A model generated the notes under the pieces. The model ran no database searches, was not told the origin of the DNA, and was given only the letters and a program-made list of their open reading frames with translations. This document shows, piece after piece, positions 51,833 to 64,000 of a DNA stretch of 64,000 nt. The stretch lies in contig NMRA01000422.1 in assembly GCA_002633005.1 (NCBI GenBank), forward strand, positions 336,951 through 400,950, read 5' to 3'. The first letter of the stretch is position 1. Each line of letters opens with the position of its first letter. Made by a program: the position numbers and the translations under genes. The DNA comes from Phoronis australis. Its lineage: Eukaryota > Animalia > Phoronida.

Positions 51833-52880
51833 TATTTTGACCAACTGGTGAATGTGTTGAAAACTAGGCAAAAAGCACCAATAAAGTTTTTGAAAAAGTA
51901 GATACTTATCATTTTCCTTTTGTAAGGATAATGTTGCAAGAGAAGAAGTTCTCACTATACTGTGTTAAGATAAGCAATGTAATGATCATCTAGAGGAACT
52001 TGATCAGCACGGTAATAATTTTTTTTTTAACTTTAGTATGTGATTCTTCTTCAGTTTGATCAAAAACCTATTAAATTAACAGCTACCTTATGAATTTTTG
52101 CATGATAGAAGCGGGCTGTGACCGCAAGTTGTAGTGTACGTACCCTTACATACAACTGTGATGCATTAGGCCATAAAATTTTATTTGGGTGGTTCTTGTG
52201 CAAAAATCCTTTAGATTGTAAACCTGGAATGATGGTACTTTATAATAAATTAGCTTTTACAGTTATGTTACAACCTTCATTTTTCACCAAAAGTGGCCAC
52301 CGAATATGGACCTTAATTGTGATTTGCCCGTATATTTTAGAGGGGTTTAAGATGGTCAATTCCTTATTTGGCACTTCCGATGACGAAATTTTCACTTTGT
52401 ATTTTGATTGGTTTTTACGTTTAAGTTGAGTTCCCTAATTTAGCGCAACTTGGAACATTCGCAGTGCGAATACGCCTTTAAAAAGGGGCACCTCACGCTC
52501 AAACTTCGGATTCTACCGGGTTTCATTTCTATCTGGTAAAAATCTCAACTTTTTAACTCTATTGGGTCTCGCTACTATCGGGAAAGAGTCTCAGCTTCTC
52601 GAATTTTAGCTTTTACTTTAATTTACAATCTTTTCATTACTCAACTTTGGGAACTGACTAGTGAGGGTACAATGACGACGGAAGCTAATGATGTGTTGTA
52701 AGTTTGTATAGCTTTGTATTTTACATTTAGCGTATAATAAACTCAGCATGTTTATCAACTTCTCTCTTGTTTCTCTCTCTATAAGTTGTCACCATGGTTT
52801 TCTCGTATGCGATTCGAAGGCCTGTGAAAAAGTACACTATGCTGCAAATATTTTTATCAGCTACGAACACTCGACATTTT

Positions 52881-55800
52881 CTCTGGTCTCCACTAGCCTC
52901 CACTGGCGTCTACTTGCCTCCAATGGCCTTCACTCGTTTCTACTGCCCTCCACTAGCCCCTATTGGCCTCCACGGACGAACACGGTCGCCACTGGTTTCC
53001 TCTGGACTTCACTGGCTTCCACAGGTTTCTACTTGCCTCCACTGGCCTTCACTGGCCTTCACTGGCCTTCACTGGCGTCCACTGGCGTCCACTGGCGTCT
53101 ACTTGCCGCCACAGGTGTCCATTGGCCCCCACTCGCTTCCTTTGGCATCCACTGGCCTCCAACGGTCTCCGGTGGCCTCCACTACTGGCCTCCACTAGCC
53201 TCCACAATACTCCATCCGCTACTACTCGCTCTAAATGGCCTCCAGCGTCCTCCACTGGCCTCCACTGGCCTCCAGTGGCCTCCGCTAGCCTCTGCTGGTC
53301 TTAGCTGGCCTCCAGTGGTCTTCGATAGACTCCTCTGGAATTCACCGGCCTCCAGTTTCCTCCACTGTCCTCGACTGGTCTCCACTTGGCTCCACTGGCC
53401 TCCCATGGCCTTTATTTGCTTCTAGTGCCCTCCACTCACGTCCATTGGCCTCTGCGCGAACACGGGTCTCCACTGGTTTCCATTGGACTTCACTGGCCTC
53501 CACTGATCGCGAATTTTCCGGAGATTCCGCCTCCTCAAGTGAAACGTCTATTGCCGGAAATCCAACCGTAAAAATCGATGCCCTTCCATTCCTAGGCCCT
53601 CTGACCCTCTCGCAGTAGATAAAAAGAAAAAACCTGACTTTCAACGGTTGAGGTTTCGTCAATCAGCATAAAACTTTCCACGACTTTGCCCTAACCCGAA
53701 AAACCGCGAATTTTCCTGAGATTCCGCCTCCTCAATTGAAACGTATATCGCCGAAAACCCAACCGTTAAAATCGACGCCCTTCCATTCCTAGGCCCTCTG
53801 ACCCTCTCGCAGTAAATAAAAAGGCCTCCGTTGGCATCTACTGGACTCCACTGGTCTTCAATGGCTTACACAGGCCTCCACAAGCCACCATTGGCCTCCA
53901 CTGGCCTTTACTGGCCTTAACTGGACTTTAATGGCTTCCACTATCCTCCAATGGATTCCAATGGCCACCACTGGCCTCCACTGGCCTCCACTGGCCTCCA
54001 CTGGCCTCCACTGGCCTCCACTGGCCCCCACTGTCCTCCACTAGCCTCCACTGGATTCCACTGGACTCCACTGGCCACCACTGGTCTTCACTGGCCTCCA
54101 ATGGCCTCCACTGGCGTCTACTCGCCTCCACAGGTCTCCATTGGCCGCCACTCGCTTCTTCTTGCTTTCAATGGCCTCCACGGCCCTTCCGGCGCCTCCA
54201 CCGGTCTCCAGTATCTTCCGCTGGCCTCTGCTGGCATAGGCTGGCCGCACTGCCCTCCGCAAACCTCCACTTGCCTCCGCTGGCCTCCAGTGGCCTCCAC
54301 TGGCCTCCAGTAGTCTTCACTGGCCTCCAGTGGCCTCACGTACCCTCCACTGGGCTCCCGTGGCCTCCGCCGGCCCCTGCCTACATCCCCTGGCCTCCTT
54401 GGCCTCTGCAGATCTCCTCTGGCCTCCACTGGCCTCCACTGGCCTCCAGTGGCCTGCAGTAGACTACACTGGGCTCCCGTGGCCTTAGCAGGCCTCCGCC
54501 TACATCCGCTGGACTCCACTGGCTTCCGCTGTCTTTTACTGACCTCTACTGAACTGTGCTGGCCTCCACAGGAATATTCCAATGTCCACTGGCCTCCAGT
54601 GGCCTCCATTCCCTTTCACAGGCCTCCACTGTCCTCCGCTGGTCTCCAACGGTCTCCACCAGCCTGCACTGGCCTCCAGTGGCCTCCACTGCCTCCAACC
54701 CACTACAGCGGATACATTGGCCTCCACTCGCCTCCACACGCCTAAACTGGCTTCCACACGCCTCCACTAGCCTCCACTGGAATTTAGTGGTCTCCACTGG
54801 CCTCCACTGGCCTCCAGTATTTTCCACTTGCCTCCACGTGCCCCCACTTTTCTCCAATTGCGTCCACTGCCCACCACTGTCCTCTACTGGCCTCCAGGGG
54901 CCTCCACTGTAGTCCACTGGAATCCACTGGACTCCACTGGCCACCACTAGCCACCACTGGCCTCCACTGGCCTCCACTGGCCTCCACTGACCTCCACTGG
55001 CCTCCACTGTGTCCACTGTCCTCCACTGGCCTTTAACGGCCTCCACTGACTTCTACTGGCTTCCAATGGACTGCAGTGAAATCCACTGGCCTTCCGTGGC
55101 TTATATAAGCCTCCACTGGCCTCCACTGGCCTCCACTGGAATCCACTCAACTCCACTGGCCTTCACTGGCCTCCACTGGCTTCCACTGGCCTATGCTCTC
55201 TTCCACTGGTCGCCACTGGGCCTCCAGTGACCTCCACTGGTCTCCACTGGACTCCACTGGCCACCACTGGCCTTCATTGGCCTCCAGTGGCCTGTACTGG
55301 TCTCTAATGGCCTCCAGTGGCCTCCACATGCCTCCATTGGATTCCGCTCTCCTCCACTGGCCTCCACTGGTGTCCACGGACCTCCGCCGACTTGCACTGG
55401 CCTCCGCTGGCCTCCACCGGCCTCGAGTGGGCTCCACTTCTTCCGCTGGCCTCCAAAAGCCTTCACTCGCCTCCACTCGTCTCCACGCGCCTTCATTGGG
55501 TTCCATTAGCCTCCACTGGACACTACTGGCGTTCACTGGCCTCCACTAGGCTCCACTGGCCTCCACTTAGCCCTAGTGGTCTCCAATGGCCCCCACTGGT
55601 CTCCACTGGCCTCCACTGGCCTCCAAGGGCCTCGAAGGCCCTCCACTGGTCCAATGCCCTCGACTAACCTTTAACGGCCTCCACTGGCCTCTACTGGCCT
55701 CCAATGGACTCCAGTGATTTCCACTGGCATTCAGTGGCTTATATAGGCCTCCGCTGGCCTCCACTGGCCTCCACTGGCCTCCACTGGCCTCCAGTGGACT

Positions 55801-58800
55801 CCAATGGCATCCACTGGCCTCCACTGTCCTCTGCAATCATCCGCTGGCCTGCGCTGGCCTCCAGTGGCCTCCAGTGGCCGACAGTGGCCTCACGTACCCT
55901 CCACTGGGCTCCCGAGGCCTCCGCTGTCCTCCGCCTACATCCGCTGGCCTCCTTGGCCTATGTAGACCTCCGCTGGCCTCCCCTGGTCTCCACTGGCTTC
56001 CAGTGACCTCCAGTAGCCTACACTGGGCTCAAGTGGAATCCGCTGGCCTCCACCTACATCCTGCGGACTCCACTGGCCACCGCTGTCTTCCGCTACCTTT
56101 TGCTGACACCGGCTGGCCTCTGCTGGCCTCAACTGGCCTCCGCTGGCCTCCAAAGGACTCCAGTGTTCTCCACGGGCCTCCACTGGAGTCCACTGGCATC
56201 TACTGGCATTCACGGGTCAACAGTGGCCTCCACTGGCTTCCAATTTCCTACACTGGCCTCCTCTGGCCTCCAGTAACCGCCAGCAGTCTCCACTGGCCTC
56301 CACTGGCCTACAGTGAAATCCGCTGGCCGTTGCTGACCCCCGCTGGCCTCTGATAGCCTCCATTGGTCTCCACTGGCCATCACTGCCCTCCCCTTGCCTT
56401 TACCCGCTTTCACTGGAATCCACTGGCCATCAGTGGCTTCTACTGGCCTCCACGGTCCTCCTTGCCCTCCACTGGCCTCCAATGGTGTCCATTGGCCTCC
56501 ACTGGCCTCCACTGATGTCCACTGGCCTGAACTGGCCACCACTGGGCTCCACTGGTTTCCACTGGACTCCACTGGCCACCACTAGCCTTCTTTGGCCTCC
56601 ACTGGCCTCTGCAGTGGCCTTAAGATGCCTCCATGGGACTTCACTCCCCTTCACTGGCCTCCACTGGTGTCCATGGGTCTCCACTGACTTCCACTGGCAT
56701 CCACTGGCCTCTGCTAGCCTCCACCGGCCTCCAGTGTCCCCCACGTTTTCCACTGACCTCCACTTGCCTCCATTGGTATCCAATGGTGTCCACCGATCTC
56801 CACTGGCCTCCACTGGCCTGCATTGGCCTCCAAAGCCTTCCACTGGCCTCCACTGTCCTCCACTGGCCTTTACTTGCTTCCACTGGTCTCCATTGTGTTC
56901 CACTGGTCATCACTGGCCTCCATTGGCCTCCACTGGCCTCCACTGGCCTCCACTGGCATCCACTGGCCTATAGTCCCTTCCACTGGCCTCCACTGGCCAG
57001 AACTGGCCTCCACTGACCTGCACTGGACGTCCATTGGCCTCCACTGGCCTCCACTGGTCTCCACGGATCTCCACTGGCCTCCAATGGTATCCACGGATCT
57101 CCCAAGGCCTCCACTGGCCTCCACCAGACTGCACGGGCCACCAGTGGTCTCCACTAACCTCCACTCCCCTCCAGCGACAGTCATTGGCCTCTACTCGCCT
57201 CCACACGCCTCCACTGGCTTCCACACGCCTCCAGAGGAATCCACTGGCCTTTAGTGGCCTCCACTGCAATCCTGTAGTTTCCACTGGCCTCCACGTGCCC
57301 CCACTTGTCTCCAATGGCCTCCACGGATCACCACTGTCCTCTACTTTCCTAAAGGGGTCTCCAGTGGCCTTTTACGGCCTCAATTGACCTCTACTGGCCT
57401 CCACTTGTCTCCAGTATCTTCCACTGGTCTACAGTGGCGTCCACTAGCTTTCACTGCCCACCACTGGCCTCCAGTGGCCTCCACAGCCGACCACTGCCCT
57501 CCAATGGCCTCCGCTTGCCTCCACTGGCTTCCACAGGCCTCCACTGGCTTCCACTGGCCTCCACTGCACTCCACTGGCCTTTAGTGGCCTCCACTGCACT
57601 CCTGTAGTTTCCACTGGCCTCCAGGTGCCCCCACTTGTCCCCAATGGCCTCCACTTGCCTCTATGGGTCTCCACTGTCCTCCAATGCACTGCACTGGCCT
57701 CCACTGGCCTCCACTGGACTGCACTGGCCTCCACGGGTCTCGAATGGCCTCCACTGGCCTTCACTGACCTCCACTAGCGTCCACTGGTCTCCACTGGCAT
57801 CCTCTGCCCTCCACTGGCGTCCCCTGTCCTCCACTGCGCTCCACTGGCCTCCACTGACCTCCACTGGAAACCACTGGCATCCAGTGGCCTCCACTGGTCT
57901 ACACGGACCTACACTAGCCTCCACTGTCCTCCACTGGTCTCCACTGTTTCCCTTGGCCTCCACTGTTTCCACTGGCCTCCACTGGCCGCAACTTGTCTCC
58001 ACTGGCCTCCTCCGGCCTCCACTGCCGTCCAGTGTCCTCCTCTGGCGTCCACTGGCCTCCACTGGCCTCCACTGGCCTACAGGGGCCTGCACTAGACTTC
58101 AACGGCGTCCTCTAGGTTGCACTATTCTCCACTGGCCTCCACTGACCACCACTGGACGCCACTGTCCTCCAATGGTCTCCAATGCCTCCACTGGTCACCA
58201 TTGGCCTCCACTGTCCTCCACTGTTTCCATTGGCCTCCAATGGATTCCACTAGTCTCCACTGGCCTCCTCTGGACTCCACTGGCCTCCACTGGCCTCCAC
58301 TGGGCTCCTCCGGCTTTCACTGGCCTCCACTGGCATTTACTGGTCCCCACTGGTCTCCACTGATCTGCACTGGCCTCCAATGGTCTCCAGTAATTGCCAC
58401 TGGCTTCCACATGCCTTCACTTGTCTCCAATAGCCTCCAATGATCACCACTGTCCCCTACTGGCCTCCAGAATCCTCCACTGGCCTTTAACGGCTTCCAC
58501 CGAAATCTACTGGCCTGCAATGGGTTCCACTGGCCTCCACCGACCCCCAGTGGTCTCCACTGGCCTCCACGGGCTTCCACTGGCCTCCACTGGCCTCCAC
58601 GGGCCTCCAAACCCCTCCACTTGGGCCACTGTCCTCCACTGACCTATAACGGCCTAAACTGGTCTCTACTGGCCTGCAATGGACTCCACTGATTTCCACT
58701 GGCCTCCAGTGGCCTATACAGCCCTCCACTGGCTTCCACTGGAGTCGAATGGCATCCACTGGCCTCCACTGGCCTTCACAGGCCTCCACTGGCCTCCACT

Positions 58801-61800
58801 GGCCTCCACTGGACTCCACAGGCCTCTACTGGAGTCCACAGGCATCGACTTGCCTCCACTGTTCAACAGTGACCTCCACTGTCTTCCAATTTCCTACACT
58901 CGCCTTCACTGGCCTCCAGGGACATCCAGCGGCCTCCACTGGTCTCCACTGAACTACAGTTAAATCCTCTGGCCTTTGCTAACCCCCGGTGGCCTCTGCT
59001 GGCCTCCAAGGGTCTCCACTGACCATCACTGCCCTCTAGTTGCCTCCACCGGCTTTTACTGGACTCCACTGGCCATCACTGGCCTCTACTGTCCCCCACG
59101 GTCCTTCAGTGACTCCACTGGCCTCCAATGGTATCCACTGGCCTCCACTGATGTCCACTCGCCTCCACTGGCTTCCACTGCACTCCTCTGGCCACCACTG
59201 GCCTTCAGTGGCCTAAACGGGCCCTTACTGGTCTCCAATGGCTTCCACTGGCCTCCACAGGCCTGCACTGGACTCCACTCATTTCCACTGGCGTCGGCTG
59301 GTGGCCACGGGCCTCCGCTGTCTTCCAGTGGCCTCCACTGGCCTCCGCTGGCCTCCACTAGCCTCCAGTGGCCTCCACTTCTTCCACTTACCACCACTGT
59401 TCTCCACCGGTCTCTACTGGAGTCAACAGGCATCGACTAGCCTCCACTGGTCAATAGTGCCTCCACTGTCTTCCAATTTCCTACACTGGCCTTCACTGGC
59501 CTCCAGCGACATCCAGCGGCCTCCCCTGGCCTCCACTGGCCTACAGTGAAATCCGCTGGCATTTGCCGACCCGAGGTGGCCTCTGATGGCCTCCAATGGT
59601 CTCCACTGGCCATCACTGCTCTCTAGTTGCCTCCACCGGCTTTCACCGGCCTCCACTGGACATCACTGGCCTCTACTGTCCTCCACGGCTTTCCTGATAC
59701 TCCACTGGCCTACAATGGTGTCCACTGGCCTCCACTGGCCTCCACTGGCCTCCACTGGCCTCCACTTACCTCCACTGGCCTCCACTGGCCTCCACTGGCT
59801 TCCACTGGACTCCTCTGGCACCACTGGCCTTCATTGGCCTAAACTGGCCCCTACTGGTCTCTAATGGCCTCCAGTGGCCTCCACAGGCCTGCACTGGACT
59901 CCACTCATTTTCACTGGCCTCCTCTGGTGGCTACGGGCCTCCGCTGACTTCCAATGGCCTCCACTGGCCTCCACGGGCCTCCACTGGCCTCCGCTAAGCT
60001 CCAGTGGCCTCCAATGGCCCCCACTTCTTTCGCTGGCCTCCACTGTTCTCCACTGGCCTCAAATGGAGTCCACATGCATCGACTAGCCTCGACTGGTCAA
60101 CGGTGGCCTCCGCTGTCTCCCAATTTCCTACACTGGCCTTCACCTGCCTCCAGGGACATCCAGCGGCCTGCACTGGCCTCCACTGTAGTACAGTGAAATC
60201 TGCTGGCCTTTGCTGACCAACGGTGGCCGATGCTGGCCTCCAATGGTCTCCACTGCCCATCACTGCATTCTAGTTGCCTCCACAGGCTTTCACTGTCCTC
60301 CACGGTCCTCCTGGGACTCCACTGGCCTACAAAGGTGTCCACTGGCCTTCATTGGCCTGAACTTTCCTCTACTGGTCTGTAATGGCCTGCAATGGCCTCC
60401 ACAGGCCTGCACTCCTTTCCACTGGCCTCCACTGGAGGCCAAGGGCCTCCGCTGACTTCCATTGGCCTCCACTGACCTCCACAGGCCTCCGCTAGCCTCC
60501 AGTAGCCTCCACGTCTTCTGCTGGCCTCCACTGGCCTCCACTCGCCTTCACTCACCTCTACTGGTTTCCATAAGCCTGCACTGGCCTCCACTTGCGTATA
60601 CTGGCCTCCACTGGGCTCCACTGGCCTCCACCGGCCCCCACTGGTCTTCAATAGCCCCCACTGATATCCACTGGCCTCCACTGTTCTCCACTGGCATCCA
60701 AAGCACTACACTGGAATCCAATGGCCTCCAATGGCCTCCAGCGGCATCCACTGGCCTCCACTGTCCTCCTCTGGCCTCCACTGGACTCCACTCGCCTCTA
60801 CTGGAGAATACAGGCATCGACTCGACACCACTGGTCAACAGTGACCTCCACTGTCTTATAATTTCCTAAACTGGCCTTCACTGGCCTCCACTGGCCTCCA
60901 CTGGACTACAGTGAAATCTTCTGGCCTTTGCTGACCCCCGGTGGCCTCTGCTGGCCTCCAATGGTCTCCACTGACTATCACTGCCATTTAGTTGCCTCCA
61001 CCGGCTTTTACTGGCCTCCACTGTCCATCACTGGCCTCTACTGTCCTCCACGGTCCTCCAGTGACTCCACTGGCCTCCAATGGTGTCCACTGGCCTCCAC
61101 TGGCCTCCACTGATGTCCACTGGCCTCCACTGGCTTCCATTGCACTCCTCTGGCCACTACTGGCCTTCATTGGCCTAAGCTGGCACCTACTGGTCTCTAA
61201 TTGCCTCCAGTAGTCTCCACAGGCCTGCACTGGACTCCACTCATTTCCACTGGCCTCCTCTGGTGGCCACGGGCCTCCGCTGACTTCCAGTGGCCTCCAC
61301 TGGCCTCCACTAGCCTCCGCTAGCCTCCAGTGACCTCCAATGGCCTCCACTTTTCCGCTGGTCACCACTGTTCTCCACTGGCCTCTACTGGAGTCCACAT
61401 GCATCGACTAGCCTCCACTGGTCAACGGTGGCGTCCACTGTCTCCCAATTTCCTACACTGGCCTTCACTGGCCTCCAGGGACATCCAGCGGCCTCCACTG
61501 GCCTCCACTTGCTTACAGTGAAATCCGCTGGCCTTTGCTGACTAACGGTGCCCTCTGCTGGCCTTCAATGGTCTTCACTGGCCATCACTGGCCTCTACTG
61601 TCCTCCACGGTCCTCCTGGGACTCCACTGGCCTCCAATGGCCTCCACTCACATACACTGGCTTCCATAAGCCTCCACTGGGCTCCACTAGCCTCCGACGG
61701 CCCCCACTGGTCTCCAATAGCCCCCACTGATATCCACTGGCCTCCACTGGCCTCCAGGGGCGTCCAAAGCCCTCCACTGTGGGTCCCCTTACTGTCCTCC

Positions 61801-64000
61801 ACCGACCTTTAATGGCTTCCACTGGCCTCCACTGGCCTAGAGTCAATTCCACAGGCCTCAACTGGCAAGAACTGGCCTCCACCAACCTGCACGGTACTCC
61901 AGTGGTCCCCACTAATCTCCACTCCACTCCAGCGGTAGTCATTCACCTCCACACGCCTCCACTGGCTTCCACACGCCTCCACTGGACTCCACTGGAGTTT
62001 AGTGGCCTCCACTCCACTGCACTCCTGTAGTTTCCACTCGCCTCCACGTGCTCCCACTTGTCTCCAATGGAGTCCACGGATCACCACTGTCCTCTAATTT
62101 CCCCCAGGGGCCTCCAGTGGCCTTTAACGGCCTCAATTGAAATCTACTGGCCTCCGCGCGTCTCCAGTGGCGTCCACTGGGCTTCAGCGGCGTCCACTGG
62201 TCTCCACTGTCCTCCACTAGCCTCCACTAGCCTCCACTGGCCACCATTTGCCTCCACTGGACTCCAGTGGCCTCCACTAGCCTCCACTGGCCTCCACGGG
62301 CCTCCACTGGCGTCCGCTGGCCTCCACTGACCTCAGCTGGCCCCCACTGGTCTCCAGTAGCCCCCACTGATCTCCACAGGCCTCCACGGTCCTCCACGGG
62401 CCTCCAAAGCCCTCCACTGGGTCCCCTTACTGTCCTCCACTGACCTTTAACGGCTTCCACTGGCCTCCACTGGCCTATAGTCCCTTCCACTGGCCTCCAC
62501 TGGCAAGAACTGGCCTCCACCAACCTGCACGGTACTCCAGTGGTCCCCACTAACCTCCACTCCACTCCAGCGGTAGTCATTCGCCTCCACTTGCCTCCAC
62601 ACGCCTCCACTAGCTTCCACACGCCTCCACTGGGCTCCACTGGCCTTTAGTGGCCTCCAGTGCACTCCTGTAGTTTCCACTCGCCTCCACGTGCCCCCAC
62701 TTGTCTCCAATGGCCTCCACGGATCACCACTGTCCTCTACTTTCCCCCCGGGGCCTCCAGTGGCCTTTAACGTCCTCAATTGACCTCTACTGGCCTCCAC
62801 TATCCTCCACTGGCCTCCACTGGCCTCAAATGCACTACACTGGCATCCAATGGCCTCCAATGGCCTCAAGCGGCATCCACTGGCCTCCACTGGCGTCCGC
62901 TGGCCTCCACTAACCTCCACTGGCCACCACTGGCCTCCGCTGGCCACCGATGGACTTCACTGGCTTTCACTGGCTTCCACTGGCCTCCACTGGCCTCTAC
63001 TAGCCTCCACTGGCCGCCACTGGCCGCCACTGGCCTCTACTGGCCTATTCTGGCTTCCACTGGCCTCCACTGGCCTTCAGTGTCTTCCACTGGCCTCCAC
63101 TGGCATCCACCGTCTTCTACTGGCCACCACTGAACTCCAATTTCATCCACTGGCCTCCACTGAAATCCACTGGCCTCCACAGGCCTCCACTTGCCTCCAC
63201 TGGCCTCCACTGGCCTCCAGTGGCCTCCAATGTCCTCCACTGGCCTCCACTGGCCTCCACTGGCCTCCACTGCCATCTCCTGGCCTCCACCGGCTTCCGT
63301 GGCCTCCACTGGCCTCCACTGGCTTCCGCTGGCGTCCACTGAACTCCACTGCCCTACACTGGCCTCCAGAGGCCTCCACTGGCCTCCACTAGACTCCACG
63401 CGCCTGCACGGTCCTCCACGGGCTTCCACAGGCCTCTGCTGGTCTTCATTGGCCTCCACCGGCTTCCCTGGCCTCCACTGGCCTCCACTGACCTCCATTG
63501 CCCTCCACTGGCCTCCAGAGGCCTCCACTGACCTCCATTGGCGTCCACTGGCTTCCGCTAGCCTCCAGGGGCCTCGACTGTCCTCCAGTGGCCTCCACTG
63601 GCCTCCGCTGTCCTCCAATGGCCTGCACTGGCCTCCACGCTCCTGCATTGCTGTTCACTGGCCACCACTGTACTCCACTCGCCTCCACTGGCNGCCTCCA
63701 CTGGCTTCCGCTGGCCTCCACTGACCTCCACTGCGCTAGACTGGCCTCCAGAGGCCTCCACTGGCCTCCACTAGACTCCACGCGCCTGCACGGTCCTCCA
63801 CGGGCCTCCACAGGCCTCTGCTGGTCTTCATTGGCCTCCTCTGGCTTCGACTGGCCTCCACTGGACTCCACTGTCCTCCACCGGCTTCCCTGGCCTCCAC
63901 TGGCCTCCACTGACCTCCATTGCCCTCCACTGGCCTCCAGAGGCCTCCACTGGCCTCCATTGTCCTCCACTGGCCTCCACTGTCCTCCAATGGCCTGCAC
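52881..64000. repeat. 10-bp satellite (CCACTGGCCT)n with diverged monomers and higher-order repeats; runs off the window
   Basis: Continuous variants of CCACTGGCCT for ~11 kb; C-rich top strand; one N at 63693. Confidence 0.97.
53508..53822. repeat. Non-satellite insert: ~197-bp unit, ~1.6 copies
   Basis: cgcgaattttcc.gagattccgcctcctcaa...cccttccattcctaggccctctgaccctctcgcagta.ataaaa starts at both 53508 and 53705. Confidence 0.85.

Noticed and set aside
63360-63950. Near-duplicate block either side of the N at 63693
   Set aside because: May be a contig-join overlap, so it is not treated as independent biology without reads.
52748-64000. Dozens of ORFs encoding PLASTGLHWP / RPVEASGGQW repeats
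   Set aside because: The 10-bp monomer has no stop codon in any frame on either strand, so ORFs arise automatically. They overlap in all six frames and are broken by random stops.
52881-64000. CRISPR-like repeat/spacer array
   Set aside because: Continuous 10-bp periodicity with no unique spacers, no cas genes, and a eukaryotic context.

Overview
This is eukaryotic genomic DNA, probably from a marine invertebrate. It is AT-rich, has spliceosomal introns, and contains no prokaryotic genes or CRISPR array. (1) A + strand cubilin-like gene (CUBN) runs from 12472 to ~51.8 kb as 16 GT-AG exons with mutually consistent intron phases. They encode about 8.5 CUB domains that follow my recollection of human cubilin CUB14-CUB21, with the CUB14-like exon pair tandemly duplicated. 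The last two exons carry apparent 1-nt deletions, and the gene stops about 1 kb before a satellite. (2) The introns and the 5' region are full of decayed mobile elements: APE-RT LINEs (RTE-X/L2-like), two HERO-like RLE LINEs, a Gypsy pol relic, a Tc1/mariner relic, several MITEs and a possible Sola3-like relic. There are also two TTAA-associated Kolobok-like elements with a THAP ORF converging on a P2X7-ballast-like ORF. (3) From ~52.9 kb to the end lies a 10-bp (CCACTGGCCT)n satellite with ~0.6-0.7 kb higher-order repeats; all ORFs there are artefacts. The most unusual signal is the palindrome TACATGTA. It occurs about 30 times outside exons and can be shown, from paralogous copies and conserved motifs, to be a 6-bp insertion at TA sites, as expected for Tc1/mariner excision footprints. 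All homology calls are from visual motif recognition, not database searches.
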